Below, piece after piece: positions 36,173-37,071 of a stretch of 37,071 nucleotides of DNA. Every line of letters starts with the position of its first letter. Position 1 is the stretch's first letter. The translations under genes were made by a program, and so were the position numbers. Below the pieces are notes generated by a model. The model was not told the DNA's origin, made no database searches, and saw nothing but the letters and a program-made list of their open reading frames with translations. The DNA comes from a virus (Duplodnaviria > Caudoviricetes). The DNA is taken from the IMG/VR virus record IMGVR_UViG_3300032212_000078, positions 1 through 37,071 of that record, one strand, 5' to 3'.

Positions 36173-36198
36173 CAACTACTAACTAAACTCTCAGGAGG
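36173..36198 (+). promoter_or_regulatory. Downstream C4 target boxes (a2/b2-like) overlapping the RBS
   Basis: CAACTAC at 36173-36179; CTCTCAG at 36188-36194 overlaps AGGAGG. Confidence 0.78.
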
Positions 36199-36203
36199 CC
36201 ATC

Positions 36204-36431
36204 ATGGCTGGATATCAAGAAACACCTATAGACCGTGCGCAGACCTGCGCATCTCAACTCCATGCGATTGACGAACTATTAGCTCAGTCTGCTGATGGGA
36301 GCGACAACATGCATCTTGTTAACCCTGATCACTTCGCCATACTGCTTAATAGTATCTTGCGAGAGTTGGATGATTCGCTGTTGGCGCTATCGAAACAGGT
36401 GGGCAGTACTCCGCATTTGCGGTCAGTTTAA
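36204..36431 (+). CDS. Small helical protein under C4-like control
   Basis: AGGAGG RBS, 75 aa. Confidence 0.8.
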   Translation: MAGYQETPIDRAQTCASQLHAIDELLAQSADGSDNMHLVNPDHFAILLNSILRELDDSLLALSKQVGSTPHLRSV

Positions 36432-36441
36432 GGGGGATATA

Positions 36442-36858
36442 ATGGCAAAGTCAGTAAAGGTTCGCTGTGAGGCCATCGAGTATGCCCTCAAGCTGATAAA
36501 AAAAGGTAAGCCGCCACGGACTGCTTGGGAGATGGCTGCCGGTAAATTCGACTCCAACGTTTCAACATTATATCGATGGTACCGCTTGATAGAGGGGAAA
36601 CCACGCGGGGAGTGGTCTTCTGCTCTTCAGCCTAAATGGAACAGTGAAGGCACTCCTGTCGAGTTCAGTCAGGCTGCATGGGATTACTTTTTAGCCGTCT
36701 ATAATGAATCTCGGTCTACAAGCGTTCGTGAAGCGTATTGTAAGACACAGGAGGTGGCGGAGTCGAAGGGTTGGGAGCTTCCATCTGAGCGGACAGTAAA
36801 CCGAAGAGTGACCCGAGAGGGCTTTAAAAAGCCATCTCGATATGAGGACTATATCTAG
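36442..36858 (+). CDS. Stand-alone Mu-type transposase end-binding domains (I-beta/I-gamma), no catalytic core
   Basis: VSTLYRWY...PRGEWSSAL...EFSQAAWDYFLAVY...GWELPSERTVNRRV parallels the MuA I-beta/gamma segment; AGGGGG RBS, ATG at 36442. Confidence 0.82.
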   Translation: MAKSVKVRCEAIEYALKLIKKGKPPRTAWEMAAGKFDSNVSTLYRWYRLIEGKPRGEWSSALQPKWNSEGTPVEFSQAAWDYFLAVYNESRSTSVREAYCKTQEVAESKGWELPSERTVNRRVTREGFKKPSRYEDYI

Positions 36859-36867
36859 CCTTTAACC

Positions 36868-36905
36868 CCCGTCAAAATGGCCCTTAAAAGGGCTGTTTTG
36901 ACGGG
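36868..36905. terminator. Long hairpin / probable terminator before the right end
   Basis: CCCGTCAAAATGGCCCTT-AA-AAGGGCTGTTTTGACGGG followed by TTT. Confidence 0.7.
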
Positions 36906-36921
36906 TTTAATGAATAAAACC

Positions 36922-36971
36922 ATCTTAGCAAACTAAGTGTACACGCACCGCAAATTACGCGTCCGGTTACA
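36922..36971 (-). repeat. Right-end transposase binding sites R1/R2
   Basis: Minus strand TGTAACC-GGACGCGTAATTTGCGG (R1) and GTACACTTAGTTTGCTAAGAT (R2). Confidence 0.8.
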
Positions 36972-37071
36972 CTATAAACCGATGAATGAAGACTGGGTCT
37001 CATTCTGTGATCCCAGTCAGAATTCGAACTGGAGTGGTTTTGGTGCCTGTACCAATGGCAATGGGTCGGGT

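Larger units (their letters stand above)
92..36971 (+). mobile_element. Complete Mu-like transposable prophage (contractile tail, B3/BcepMu-like early region)
   Basis: Inverted termini: left TGTGACTAGACGTTTAGTATG (92) vs reverse complement of right end TGTAACCGGACGCGTAATTTG (36971). Contains transposase A/B, ner, gemA, mor-like genes and Mu gp25-gp49 in synteny. Confidence 0.95.

Noticed and set aside
36295-36441. N-terminal extension of the last ORF in the track
   Set aside because: Overlaps the 75-aa gene; RBS supports ATG 36442
33963-36858. Invertible G segment, gin, mom/com or a diversity-generating retroelement
   Set aside because: No recombinase, reverse transcriptase, inverted gix-like repeats or duplicated fibre tip seen

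Overview
The window holds an apparently complete ~36.9 kb transposable (Mu-like) prophage with a contractile tail, running from TGTGAC at 92 to GTTACA at 36971, with only ~90-100 nt of host coding DNA on each side. The early region resembles B3/BcepMu-type phages: XRE repressor, ner, DDE transposase A, AAA ATPase B, DUF3164, gemA and a Mor/C-type activator. It is followed by an amidase endolysin and then the Mu gp25-gp49 head and tail genes. No gin/G-segment, mom, holin or spanin is recognisable. Best candidates for new biology: (1) a right-end operon in which a C4-like antisense RNA controls a stand-alone Mu-type transposase end-binding domain (I-beta/gamma) unlike the phage's own transposase, possibly an anti-transposable-phage factor; (2) a major capsid protein with a signal-peptide-like 53-aa extension; (3) a three-gene accessory fibre module inside the lysis cassette; (4) a MuF-metallopeptidase with an adjacent acidic immunity-like gene; (5) a pseudoknotted intergenic RNA displaying an anti-Shine-Dalgarno loop; (6) twin late promoters that appear to make leaderless mRNAs. 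All family assignments come from motif recognition and synteny; no database search was run.
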